Shown one piece after another: positions 9,573 to 19,546 of a DNA stretch of 64,000 nt. The notes beneath the pieces are model-generated. The model saw only the letters and a program-made list of their open reading frames with translations. It was not told the origin of the DNA and made no database searches. The stretch spans positions 22,215-86,214 of the forward strand of contig LNFJ01000094.1 in assembly GCA_001464625.1 (NCBI GenBank). The letters are read 5' to 3'. The position numbers and the translations under genes are program-made. Source of the stretch: Bacteroidia bacterium Ga0077558 (GTDB taxonomy: Bacteria > Bacteroidota > Bacteroidia > Chitinophagales > Chitinophagaceae). Position 1 is the stretch's first letter. Every line of letters begins with the position of its first letter.

Positions 9573-12500
9573 TTATTCAACATTAATTCTCACACCTTCC
9601 GAATGACTCGTAAACTCCGGCGCATACATACATTGAATCGTCGTTACCCCGTTGCTAAAGTTGCCTGTATGTGTAGCAAACAATGTGTATTCAAAAACAT
9701 AAGTACCTTTTCTTAAATAGCTGAAGAAAAAATTGGTGCTGGCATCCTTAGTGCTTTCATAATAACCCAATCCTCCCTGCCATTTGTACTGGCTTAATAC
9801 ATTTACAGGTTCCAAAGCAGATGCCCGCATATCTTTCATATGAACATATTCCATGTCACGATCCACTCTTAATTCAACCCTTACTTTTACTTTATCGCCT
9901 ACTTTAATTACGCCGCCTTCGTTGATTGGAGTAATTACCGGTCCACGGTCTGTGTTTTTTTCTACAAACAATTTCTTCGTCAGTTTCAGTGGTGTAGAAG
10001 CAGTAGTGATTTTATCCAGATCTTCAAAATATTGCCAGTAAACACCACCCCATGATGCAGACAAATTGTTGTTTGTTGAGCTTACATTCACACTGATATT
10101 ACCCATTTCTGGTTTTACCTGTTTTCCTTCAATTGTTTTTTTGAAGTAACCTGTTCCAGCTTCTAGCTTATTTTCTGTTGAACTAACTGTGGTGCTTCCT
10201 AATTTTATTTGCACTGTTGGTTCATTGCTCAACCATTCTGTTCCTTGTAATAATAAAGCATAACAAGCTTCCGCAGTAGCTTTTGTTGTTTTCCAGTTAT
10301 TGGTTTGCTTATTTTTCAATAACCAGGTTCTAAGATCATCAACTGTTTTTGTGTCTTTACCAACTTCCTGGAAAGCTTCAATTAACAATGCATGGGTTTC
10401 AATGGGTGCTTCGTACCAGAACCAGCCATTGCGTTGGTCTTTCCAATACATGCCCAACTCAGCATTGGTGATTGAAGTTTCCTTCAATGATTTTAAAATT
10501 GCAACGGGTGTTTTTGTATCACCTGTTCTATTGAGTGCCAAAGCAGTCATCCCTTGCATATACTTACTTTGTTTTACCCAATATTGCTGCGCCTGCTTGT
10601 AATAATAGTTATACGCTGTTTGTGAAGCGGCATCAATTTTATATTCAGGAAAGAAGCTGCGCATATACAAGTACTGTACCTGTAAATAACTAATATTCTG
10701 TTGCTTCAGGTTCGCTTTGTATTTAATCAGGTAATCGTAATCCTCTTTTATCTTTTTATCTAAGTACGGGATGGCCGTTGTAAGTATTGCTTTTAATTTA
10801 TCATCCTGTCCAGGAGAAATGCCTTTTAATTTTTTCAAATGACCAATACCTGTAACAATATATTGAGTGATGTAACGATCATCCGGGCCACCACTAAACC
10901 ATACAAAACCGCCGTTAGGGCTTTGCATTTGTTTTAATTTATTATATGTGTTGTCGAGTTGTTCGCTCATTTTCACCATATCAAATAACAATGCTATATT
11001 TCTTTTTTGTTCGGCTTCATTTTTTGCCTGTAATACCCAGGGAGTTTCTTCCAGCAAGATGGCTTTTAGCTCTTGATTTTTTTGCAGGTTGCTCATTAAT
11101 GCTGCAGTGTCTTTTATTTTCCATTGCTCAAACACTTGCTTGATGCGTGGTGATGAATTAGAAATATAAGTGGCCAATGAATTAGCATAATACCGGTTCC
11201 AGTTTTGCTCTGCACATTCATATGGATATTCCATCAGGTACGGAAGTGCTTGTACCGCATACCAGGCTGGGTTAGATGTGTACTCCAGCGTTAATGCATA
11301 ATGTTGTAAACTTTCACTCTTCCCACTGTTCAATAATTTATCGAACGAGAAATTCTTTGTGCCGGTTCCTCTCATTGGTAAAGTGATCGTTTCTGTTACC
11401 AGCATACGGTTGGTGAGTACAGGCAATATATTTTCTTCTCCATCACTAAAGTTGCCAGCTTTTGCAACAACTCTCCAGGTTAATGCTTTATTAAACTGGT
11501 AAGGAATTTCAATAGGGAATTTCACAGCTTCACTTTGACCCGCAGCAACGGTAAAGTATTGGTTGGGTATAACACTTTTAAAACGACCGTCTACTCTTTC
11601 ATTTGTTTCGGCATCAAATAATTGAAACTCTGCAGTACCTGTTAATTCTTTATCAGAAAGATTTACAATTTTGGTACTAAATTCCATTTTATCGCCTTCC
11701 CGCATAAATCTAGGTGCATTCGGCTGCACCATTAATTCTTTCTGCGTAACGATCTCTTTGGTGCTCATGCCAAATGCTGCTTCTTTGGTATGCACCATTG
11801 CCATGAATTTCCATTTGGTCAGTGCTTCGGGCATAGTAAACGAAAATTCTATTGCACCTGTGCTGTCCGTTTTTAAATCGGGTAAGAAAAAAGCAGTCTC
11901 ATTGAAGTTCTTGCGAATCTTAACATCACCAGATTGCTCAGTAGAGCCAGGCTCTTTATTCATTTGATCGGTTACTCCATCAGCATCTTTATCTCTCTCT
12001 TTGGATTCCTCCTGTTTAGGTGATGGTGGAGGTGGAGGTGACATCGCATCATCTGCATTACCAGGTGCCCCTTCGCTAACAGCCCTGCTCATTTTCATCA
12101 CACCACCGCCATAGTATGTCATTTCCTCATTGTACAAAAGATAATCATATCGCTTGTCAACATATTTATTGTCGTCATCGGCAATATATCGTTGGTACGA
12201 ATCATGCTTGGTAAAGTTTTGAGTGCCTGACCAACTGCGTCCTCCATAATAAGAAGGCCAGATATTTGGCTTATACCAATTATGGGCATAGAATTGATCC
12301 AGCGAAGCATCGTACATGCTAGCCAGCATTTCGGCAGCAACCTTTTCTTTTTTATAGCCACTGATCTTTACTTTCCATTTTTCTTCACTACCCGGTAATG
12401 TTTTATCACGATAAGTTGCATATTCAACCGTTAAATCTTTATTGGTCCAGGGAATATAAATAGACTGACTTAACTGGTAATAGCGATTATGTTTTACAAA

Positions 12501-15500
12501 CATCCAGCTTACACCATATCCGCCACGATCTACTTCCGTAACCGGGAAGGTGAAGGTTTGTTTTTGATTATTTAGCTGGATAAAGTCGTAGGATTGATCT
12601 CCTGCATTTTTATCTATTTGGCGCACTACAAATATATTATCAGCAGCAGTGCCTACTCCAATTTTAGCTGTCTCGCCTGGCTCCACGGTCGTTTTATTAT
12701 TGCCAGTCCACAAATAGGCAGGGCTATTTAGTTGATTACTTTTTTCATCAAACAATTCTATGTACTTAATATCTTTTACAATTTCTCCGTTTTTATCTTT
12801 TGTTTCAATTTCAATAATGTAGAATCCAGGCAAAAATTTGGTATTGGGGATTTCATAATTGGAATTTTCTTTTACCGTTTCTGTTTTACTAAAGACCTCT
12901 TGTCCCTTTTCCCAGCTTCTTGAATCAGTTTCATTATCATACTCATCGTATGGAAAGTTTTTAATGTACTCTTCTTTTGTCATTACAAATTGATCAGGTC
13001 TATCCCAATAACGGTCACGGATCAATCTTTTTTCTTCTTTCAATTTAGAGATGGTTACTTTAACCGTTGATGGTTCATACTCTCCATTCATATTTTCTGT
13101 GCGGATGCTTAGTTTCTTTAAACTATCAGCAGGCATGGTAGCAGGTATGTTTGCTACGAGTATTAATGCTTTATAACTTATAGAAACCGATTTTTCTCCG
13201 CTTCTTGTTTCACCATTAATATCTGTTACGTCTGCATATACGGTGTAGTCAAATACCGGCTCAAACTTTTTCTCGATCGTCAGATCAGGAATAGCCGTGA
13301 ACTCTACTACAAATTTTCCGTCTTTATCTGTTTTTACTTCACCATGTGCTATTTCCATTTCCTCTGCTGGTGGCTGCCACCAACGCCAGAATAACCACGG
13401 ATACAAGAATCGGGGTTGACGAACAACCCTATATTTTACCATTGCTTCATCAATATTATTGCCGGCGTATGCTTTTGCAGTTCCCGTTACGGCAATTTTA
13501 TCATTTACTTTATAAGTGCCTTTAACAGGCTCATAATCCACATAAAATTTCGGACGTTTATATTCTTCTACATGAAATGCTGAATTTCCGCCATCATCTT
13601 TTGTAAAAATGGTAAACTGTCCATTCATACCTGTTTGTGGTAACTGAAACTTGCCGCTGAATGACCCATACTCGTTTGTTCTTATTTTAATGGTATCTAC
13701 ATTTTTGTAGTTGGCATCTCTGAGTATTACAGTGGTTGTATAGTCACTTATTACATTACCTGTTTTATCTTTTGTATTCCTGCTTAAAACGATTCCTTTA
13801 AAGTAAACTGTTTGACCGGGTCTGTAAATACTTCTGTCGGTAAATAGATGTATGGAAGTAGTGGCTTTAGACTCATTATTATTTTCTGCATTGTAGTAAT
13901 AATAGTAATCATAGACCATGTCATTCATAAACAGCTTATCGCTATTATGTACTACTTCCAGCAGGTAGGTATAATTGCTGTAGTTATTATTGTTAGTTCC
14001 TTTGATCCTTTCCATTTTAAAGAATCCATTTGCATCTGTTGTATAAGCTTTGCCTTTTTCTTTTAGATATTTTGATTCTCTGTAATCATATTTTTGCTCC
14101 CATACCTGTACGGCTGCTTTTGCAAGCGGCTGTCCGTTGTTTCGGTTTAGCACAAAAAAATCATTATTGTTGTTTACATAACTAATGTTCGACACAAAAA
14201 AAAGTCTTGCTCCCAAAACGATTTTTTTACCCGTAAAGTCATTGTCATTGGATGCCAGCAACACATATTCTCCAGTTGGTAAGCCATCGGATTTAATTTC
14301 TACGGAATGTTGTTGCAGGTCGTTAGTAGCAGACAAAGATTGTTGCCAGCTTTTTACCGGAGTACTCTCAATAAGGGCAGACCAATATTTTTCATCAGAT
14401 TGATTGGCGAGTAATGTTTTTATTTTTTCATCGGCTTTAATTACCCGTAAGTACAGCGTATTGAAGTTTTTGTAATTCACAAAAACCCTGAATGGCTCCC
14501 CGGGAACATTTACTTTTTCAACACTAAACTGTAATGATTTACTGTTTATTTGATTTAGTAAATTTTGCGCATTTATTTTTCCTTCTGATGAATCTTTCTG
14601 TTGAACTATCCTTTCAACAATTTCTTTTGCTTTAACTCTTGCAAAACGATTGGTAGTATCTCCGTATGGCTTGTAAGTGTTTGCCTTTTCATTGTAATAA
14701 TCAGCTACCAGATACCAGGCCTGTGCAGCTGCTGGGGTAGCAGCATATTGATTAGCAATATGATTGATGGCGTTGAAATAAAGCTTGTCTTTTTCAGGAT
14801 GCGTTGATTTGCTTTTTACAAATTCAATTCTTTTTATATCTGCATCGATCAACGCATCAGGTTTTGCATCTTTTAGGTGAAAGGCAATAAGCTTCTGATA
14901 AATTAAAAGAGCTTTATGTTGGAGAGACAGGGAATCGCTGGTAACGAATTTTCGGGTTATAAAATCTAAAGCAGGATCAAATGCACTGGCCTGGTTGATT
15001 TCAAAAGCATAGGCAGGTTTTGAAATATCCCTTTCATCGTTTTCAAAATAAGCAATGGCCCGGTGTGCCAGCAAATCGTAAAGGGTAGGGCGGAGGTGCC
15101 TCATATTTCCTTTTACTATAACTGCATCAAATTGGTTTAGCTTTGTTAGCTGTAAAAGTTTTTCTTCTTTTACCGATGCCAGATAAAGAGTGCTGATTGT
15201 TGTATGAAAATTTTCCGCATCCCAGGTGGCAATATCAGTCTTTTTGAAGTTTACAGTTTTAGTACGGTCATATATTTTCCAACGGTTGCGTTGGAAGTAG
15301 CTCCAGTAGCGATCTGCGAGATAACTTTTTAAAACAGATACAACGGGTTCTTTGCTTACAGTTATTTCTTTTTCTATCTCAGCAATGGAAAGTGCAGCAT
15401 TGTCTTCCCTGTTGTCAACTTGCAAAGTTGTTATATACATCAATGACTTAATAATTTGTGCATCCTGCTTTTCTTTTTTTGCAAGGGCATAAATTTTCTT

Positions 15501-15659
15501 TACTTCATCTAATGCTGATTTAGGCAGGCCCTGGTTAGTAAAATCTTCTACTTTCTTCCAGGCAGCTTCGTAGTTTTTTATAAGGTTTTGGCTATTTGCA
15601 TTCATAGTAAAAAAACCAGCTAAAAGGGTTATAAAAAATATAGATCTTAATTGTTGCAT
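9573..15659 (-). CDS. alpha-2-macroglobulin family protein (secreted, thioester-type motif present)
   Basis: 2028 aa with signal peptide MQQLRSIFFITLLAGFFTMNANSQ and a long array of beta-sandwich-like segments. The thioester-region motif YPYECAEQNW is present; the CAEQ codons were verified at 11205-11216 on the minus strand. Confidence 0.85.
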   Translation of the reverse strand: MQQLRSIFFITLLAGFFTMNANSQNLIKNYEAAWKKVEDFTNQGLPKSALDEVKKIYALAKKEKQDAQIIKSLMYITTLQVDNREDNAALSIAEIEKEITVSKEPVVSVLKSYLADRYWSYFQRNRWKIYDRTKTVNFKKTDIATWDAENFHTTISTLYLASVKEEKLLQLTKLNQFDAVIVKGNMRHLRPTLYDLLAHRAIAYFENDERDISKPAYAFEINQASAFDPALDFITRKFVTSDSLSLQHKALLIYQKLIAFHLKDAKPDALIDADIKRIEFVKSKSTHPEKDKLYFNAINHIANQYAATPAAAQAWYLVADYYNEKANTYKPYGDTTNRFARVKAKEIVERIVQQKDSSEGKINAQNLLNQINSKSLQFSVEKVNVPGEPFRVFVNYKNFNTLYLRVIKADEKIKTLLANQSDEKYWSALIESTPVKSWQQSLSATNDLQQHSVEIKSDGLPTGEYVLLASNDNDFTGKKIVLGARLFFVSNISYVNNNNDFFVLNRNNGQPLAKAAVQVWEQKYDYRESKYLKEKGKAYTTDANGFFKMERIKGTNNNNYSNYTYLLEVVHNSDKLFMNDMVYDYYYYYNAENNNESKATTSIHLFTDRSIYRPGQTVYFKGIVLSRNTKDKTGNVISDYTTTVILRDANYKNVDTIKIRTNEYGSFSGKFQLPQTGMNGQFTIFTKDDGGNSAFHVEEYKRPKFYVDYEPVKGTYKVNDKIAVTGTAKAYAGNNIDEAMVKYRVVRQPRFLYPWLFWRWWQPPAEEMEIAHGEVKTDKDGKFVVEFTAIPDLTIEKKFEPVFDYTVYADVTDINGETRSGEKSVSISYKALILVANIPATMPADSLKKLSIRTENMNGEYEPSTVKVTISKLKEEKRLIRDRYWDRPDQFVMTKEEYIKNFPYDEYDNETDSRSWEKGQEVFSKTETVKENSNYEIPNTKFLPGFYIIEIETKDKNGEIVKDIKYIELFDEKSNQLNSPAYLWTGNNKTTVEPGETAKIGVGTAADNIFVVRQIDKNAGDQSYDFIQLNNQKQTFTFPVTEVDRGGYGVSWMFVKHNRYYQLSQSIYIPWTNKDLTVEYATYRDKTLPGSEEKWKVKISGYKKEKVAAEMLASMYDASLDQFYAHNWYKPNIWPSYYGGRSWSGTQNFTKHDSYQRYIADDDNKYVDKRYDYLLYNEEMTYYGGGVMKMSRAVSEGAPGNADDAMSPPPPPSPKQEESKERDKDADGVTDQMNKEPGSTEQSGDVKIRKNFNETAFFLPDLKTDSTGAIEFSFTMPEALTKWKFMAMVHTKEAAFGMSTKEIVTQKELMVQPNAPRFMREGDKMEFSTKIVNLSDKELTGTAEFQLFDAETNERVDGRFKSVIPNQYFTVAAGQSEAVKFPIEIPYQFNKALTWRVVAKAGNFSDGEENILPVLTNRMLVTETITLPMRGTGTKNFSFDKLLNSGKSESLQHYALTLEYTSNPAWYAVQALPYLMEYPYECAEQNWNRYYANSLATYISNSSPRIKQVFEQWKIKDTAALMSNLQKNQELKAILLEETPWVLQAKNEAEQKRNIALLFDMVKMSEQLDNTYNKLKQMQSPNGGFVWFSGGPDDRYITQYIVTGIGHLKKLKGISPGQDDKLKAILTTAIPYLDKKIKEDYDYLIKYKANLKQQNISYLQVQYLYMRSFFPEYKIDAASQTAYNYYYKQAQQYWVKQSKYMQGMTALALNRTGDTKTPVAILKSLKETSITNAELGMYWKDQRNGWFWYEAPIETHALLIEAFQEVGKDTKTVDDLRTWLLKNKQTNNWKTTKATAEACYALLLQGTEWLSNEPTVQIKLGSTTVSSTENKLEAGTGYFKKTIEGKQVKPEMGNISVNVSSTNNNLSASWGGVYWQYFEDLDKITTASTPLKLTKKLFVEKNTDRGPVITPINEGGVIKVGDKVKVRVELRVDRDMEYVHMKDMRASALEPVNVLSQYKWQGGLGYYESTKDASTNFFFSYLRKGTYVFEYTLFATHTGNFSNGVTTIQCMYAPEFTSHSEGVRINVE

Positions 15660-16017
15660 TCCTATGCTTTTAAAATTTAATACAAGGTAATTAATCTTAT
15701 GCGCCCATAAGATGCAGAAAGGAAATGAATTTCATAAATAGCCCTGCTTGAACTGATTTATAAACGAGTTAAAAGCAATTTGGCTGCCAAGAAAAAGGAA
15801 ATTGAAAAATATTTTTTAAGGAATAGGTCTATTTAGCTATTTAATTGTTGGTGACTTAAAATCCTTTGCCATCAAGCACTCCCGCACAAACCTGCAATCA
15901 ATGTTTTGAATCCGTGTATTCCTTTAACTTTTTGTTGCAATGATTTTTGGATCGATGGCATATGCTTTGAAATTATTATTTCGGCAACAATATTTATACA
16001 CATTAAAAACACGAACC

Positions 16018-16737
16018 ATGAAAAAATTTTTTACCCTTTTATTAAGCTCACTGTTCTCACTTTCTCTTCTTGCCTTTGATGGAAATCGATTAAGCGTAGC
16101 AACCGTAACTAACGGAATGAACTTAACCATTGAAATTGATGGAAGAAGGTTTAAGATGCAAGACAATAATATTACCCTCAGTAGTCTTTCTGAAGGTAGT
16201 CACAACATCCGCATTTACCGGGATAAAAACAAAAGAGGTAACGGCTTTGGTTTTGGCCATGGAAAAAAGCTAGAGGTCATATATGCCAGTAATGTTTACC
16301 TGAAAAGAGGTTTCCATACTGATATAACTGTGAACCGCTTTGGTAAAGTGTTGGTAGATGAAAGAAGATTTACCAACAACAATAGCGATGAGTGGTTTGA
16401 AGATGAAGATATTTATGATGATGGTGGTTGGGATAATGACTACAGCAATGTAATATCAGCCCGGGATTTCGAATCAGTAAAAGAACAAATTCGTAAAGAG
16501 TGGTTCGAAAGCAGCCGTTTGGTTTCTGTTAAAACGATCATCAGTAAAAACAATTTTACTACTCAGCAAGTAAAAGAAATGATGTTGCTTTTCACCTTTG
16601 AAAACAACAGATTAGAAGTGGCAAAAGCAGCTTACCGCAGAACAGTTGATAAGCAACGCTACTTTGAGTTGAATGATGCATTTACTTTTAGCAGCAGCAG
16701 AGATGAGTTGGCCCGTTTTATCCGTGAATCAAGATAG
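16018..16737 (+). CDS. DUF4476 domain-containing secreted protein
   Basis: The start was moved to the ATG giving MKKFFTLLLSSLFSLSLLA (a signal peptide). The C-terminal segment FESVKEQIRKEWFESSRLVSVKTII...FTFENNRLEVAKAAY matches my recollection of DUF4476. Confidence 0.65.
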   Translation: MKKFFTLLLSSLFSLSLLAFDGNRLSVATVTNGMNLTIEIDGRRFKMQDNNITLSSLSEGSHNIRIYRDKNKRGNGFGFGHGKKLEVIYASNVYLKRGFHTDITVNRFGKVLVDERRFTNNNSDEWFEDEDIYDDGGWDNDYSNVISARDFESVKEQIRKEWFESSRLVSVKTIISKNNFTTQQVKEMMLLFTFENNRLEVAKAAYRRTVDKQRYFELNDAFTFSSSRDELARFIRESR

Positions 16738-16778
16738 GAAAATGAGGAACAAAAAATAGGAATACACCCTTGAAATAA

Positions 16779-16806
16779 GATGCCCTCCGAAAATTTGGAG
16801 GGCATC
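16779..16806. terminator. bidirectional hairpin terminator between convergent genes
   Basis: Perfect 10-bp stem gatgccctcc / ggagggcatc with an 8-nt loop, lying between the DUF4476 gene (+) and sucD (-). Confidence 0.7.
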
Positions 16807-16863
16807 GTTTATATAAAGAATTATTTGGAATAAGGACTCTTCCTATTAAACACTTTCCATTCT

Positions 16864-17742
16864 CTATTTTCCTTTCATCACTTCCGCCATCTTCTTTCCA
16901 ATATCAGCAGGGCTGCTTACTACATGAATTCCACATTCCGCCATAATCTTCATTTTTGCAGCAGCAGTATCATCAGCACCACCTACGATTGCTCCGGCAT
17001 GTCCCATACGGCGACCGGGAGGCGCAGTTTGACCAGCTATAAATCCTACCACCGGTTTTTTATTTCCGTTTGCTTTTATCCAGTTAGCTGCTTCCGCTTC
17101 CATACCACCACCAATTTCTCCAATCATTACAATAGCATCGGTTTCAGGATCATTCATAAATAGCTCAACTGCTTCTTTGGTTGGTGTGCCAATAATTGGA
17201 TCACCACCAATACCAATGGCTGTAGAAATACCTAAACCAGCTTTAGCTACCTGGTCAGCAGCTTCGTAGGTTAATGTTCCTGATTTTGAAACGATACCAA
17301 TACGACCGGGTTTAAAAATAAAGCCCGGCATAATGCCCACTTTACATTCATCAGAAGTAATGATGCCCGGACAATTTGGTCCTATCAATCTCGTATTCTT
17401 CCCCTGTAAATAGTTTTTCACTTTTACCATATCCTGCACGGGAATACCTTCAGTGATACATACTACTAATGTAACACCAGCATCAGCAGCTTCCATGATC
17501 GCATCTGCGGCAAATGCAGGAGGAACGAAAATGATGCTTACATCCGCCCCGGTAGCTTTTACACAATCCACCACGGTATTAAATATTGGTCTTTCCAAAT
17601 GGGTGCCCCCACCTTTTCCCGGAGTAACACCACCCACTACGTTTGTTCCATACTCGATCATTTGAGTAGCATGGAATGTACCTTCTGTACCTGTAAAACC
17701 CTGTACTAAAATTTTCGAATTTTTATTAACGAGAATACTCAT
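16864..17742 (-). CDS. sucD: succinate--CoA ligase subunit alpha
   Basis: 292 aa. [24 protein letters not shown]...SKSGTLTYE...MGHAGAI includes the phosphohistidine loop. sucC is not adjacent. Confidence 0.95.
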   Translation of the reverse strand: MSILVNKNSKILVQGFTGTEGTFHATQMIEYGTNVVGGVTPGKGGGTHLERPIFNTVVDCVKATGADVSIIFVPPAFAADAIMEAADAGVTLVVCITEGIPVQDMVKVKNYLQGKNTRLIGPNCPGIITSDECKVGIMPGFIFKPGRIGIVSKSGTLTYEAADQVAKAGLGISTAIGIGGDPIIGTPTKEAVELFMNDPETDAIVMIGEIGGGMEAEAANWIKANGNKKPVVGFIAGQTAPPGRRMGHAGAIVGGADDTAAAKMKIMAECGIHVVSSPADIGKKMAEVMKGK

Positions 17743-17764
17743 ATTTATGCTTTAAAAGTTGCCG

Positions 17765-17772
17765 CAAAAATA
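17765..17772 (-). promoter_or_regulatory. candidate -7 promoter box (TATTTTTG) for sucD
   Basis: Exact TAnnTTTG on the minus strand, 23 nt upstream of the sucD ATG. Confidence 0.45.
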
Positions 17773-17856
17773 AGGGATTTGGTGGGTTTTAAGGAGAGCT
17801 ATTCGTCGCCACAGGTGCGACCTCCCCAGTAACTCTGCCATTGGGCTATACAGAAA

Positions 17857-18708
17857 TTAATTTTCTTCATCCGGAGGTGGTACAAGGGTAGGAGCATTTT
17901 TATCCATCAATTCTTCCATGTTTCGGTTATTGGAAATTTTACCAGTCTCTTCCAGCATCCGCATATCTTTTGCATCCTGTAAAAATTCCGAAGCAAAAAT
18001 AAAATCATTCAGCCGTTGGTTCTTACTGAAAATGATCTCTTTGTTAGTGCCTTCCCATTCTTTATTGCCCATGTACATATATAAAATGTAATTGCCAATT
18101 TCCATTACACTATTCATGTCATGGGTGTTTATAACTGTGGTAATATTATATTCAACTGTTATTTCCTTAATGAGTTTATCAATTACCAGAGATGTTAATG
18201 GGTCAAGCCCGGAATTAGGCTCATCACAAAAGAGATATTTAGGATTCAACACAACGGCTCTTGCGAGGGCAACCCTTTTTTTCATACCGCCACTTAGTTC
18301 GGCAGGAAATTTTTTATTGGCATCCACCAAGTTTACCCTTGCTAAAACTTCATTTACCCGTTCCAGCTTTTTTTTATAAGAATCTTTGGTAAACATGTTC
18401 AATGGAAACATCACATTCTCCTGCACATTCAAACTATCAAATAATGCAGAGCCTTGAAATAACATTCCAATTTCTTTACGAATCTCTGTCTTTTCCTGCC
18501 CTTTCATTTCGGTGAAGTTCTGACCATCGTATAAAACTTCCCCTTCATCTGGTTCAAACAACCCCACCATGCATTTTTGCAATACCGTTTTCCCGCTACC
18601 ACTGGAGCCGATAATAAGATTACATTGTCCCGCTTTCATCACGGCACTCACATCCTCAATGACAACTTTTTCACCAAAACTTTTCTTTATATTTTTTACT
18701 TCAATCAT
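17857..18708 (-). CDS. ABC transporter ATP-binding protein (MlaF-like)
   Basis: Walker A GSSGSGKT, signature LSGGMKKR and Walker B LFCDEP. The start is placed at MIEVKNIKKSF (18708), which removes the overlap with the upstream permease gene. Confidence 0.88.
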   Translation of the reverse strand: MIEVKNIKKSFGEKVVIEDVSAVMKAGQCNLIIGSSGSGKTVLQKCMVGLFEPDEGEVLYDGQNFTEMKGQEKTEIRKEIGMLFQGSALFDSLNVQENVMFPLNMFTKDSYKKKLERVNEVLARVNLVDANKKFPAELSGGMKKRVALARAVVLNPKYLFCDEPNSGLDPLTSLVIDKLIKEITVEYNITTVINTHDMNSVMEIGNYILYMYMGNKEWEGTNKEIIFSKNQRLNDFIFASEFLQDAKDMRMLEETGKISNNRNMEELMDKNAPTLVPPPDEEN

Positions 18709-18715
18709 TCGATAA

Positions 18716-19492
18716 CTATAACAATAGGGCTGATAAAATGTAATCTGCAAATAATATTAGTATGCAGCTAACTACCACTGCTTTTGTACTGGCTCTTCCA
18801 ATTTCTAATGCCCCTCCTTTTACATAATAACCATAAAATGCAGGTATGCTTGCAATAATAAAAGAAAACACATAGGCTTTTATCAAAGCAAAAATTACAT
18901 TGTATGGTACAAAAAATTCAAGTAATCCTTTATCAAAAATGCTACCCGAAATAATGCCAGAAGCAGTACCGGCTAATCTTCCCCCCAAAATGCCTAGGCA
19001 CATGGCTATAACCACGAGTAATGGAATCATTAATAATGCGGCAACTATTTTAGGAAGTATCAGATAGGTTTTTGTATTAATCCCCATTATCTCTAATGCA
19101 TCAATTTGTTCACTTACCCGCATATTACCTAACTCACTGGCAATACGGCTACCGGCTACACCTGCTAATACAATACTTACAAGCGTAGGGGCAAATTCAA
19201 GAATAACAGTATCTCTTACAATTTGTGCAATAGTAGATGGTGGAATTAACGGGCTTACTAACTGATAGGCTGTTTGTATGGTGGAAACCGCACCAATAAA
19301 AACAGAAATGATTGCAACGATGCCCAAGGAACCAAAACCGATTTCAGTACATTGGTGAATAAACTCTTTCCAATACATCTTTCCGTTCTCCGGTTTGGAG
19401 AACATTCCTTTAAGCATCAAGAGGTATCGGCCTATGTCGTTGAAAATCGTCATATAATGTGCTAAGATACAGTATGAAAAGAGAAAAGCCAT
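18716..19492 (-). CDS. ABC transporter permease (MlaE-like)
   Basis: Multi-helix membrane protein immediately upstream of the MlaF-like ATPase. Sequence is typical of MlaE/YrbE permeases. An alternative ATG lies at 19453. Confidence 0.8.
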   Translation of the reverse strand: MAFLFSYCILAHYMTIFNDIGRYLLMLKGMFSKPENGKMYWKEFIHQCTEIGFGSLGIVAIISVFIGAVSTIQTAYQLVSPLIPPSTIAQIVRDTVILEFAPTLVSIVLAGVAGSRIASELGNMRVSEQIDALEIMGINTKTYLILPKIVAALLMIPLLVVIAMCLGILGGRLAGTASGIISGSIFDKGLLEFFVPYNVIFALIKAYVFSFIIASIPAFYGYYVKGGALEIGRASTKAVVVSCILILFADYILSALLL

Positions 19493-19546
19493 TAGCGATT
19501 GACTATTGGCCTTTCTCTGTTATAAACCGTTTATTAACCGGCTCAA

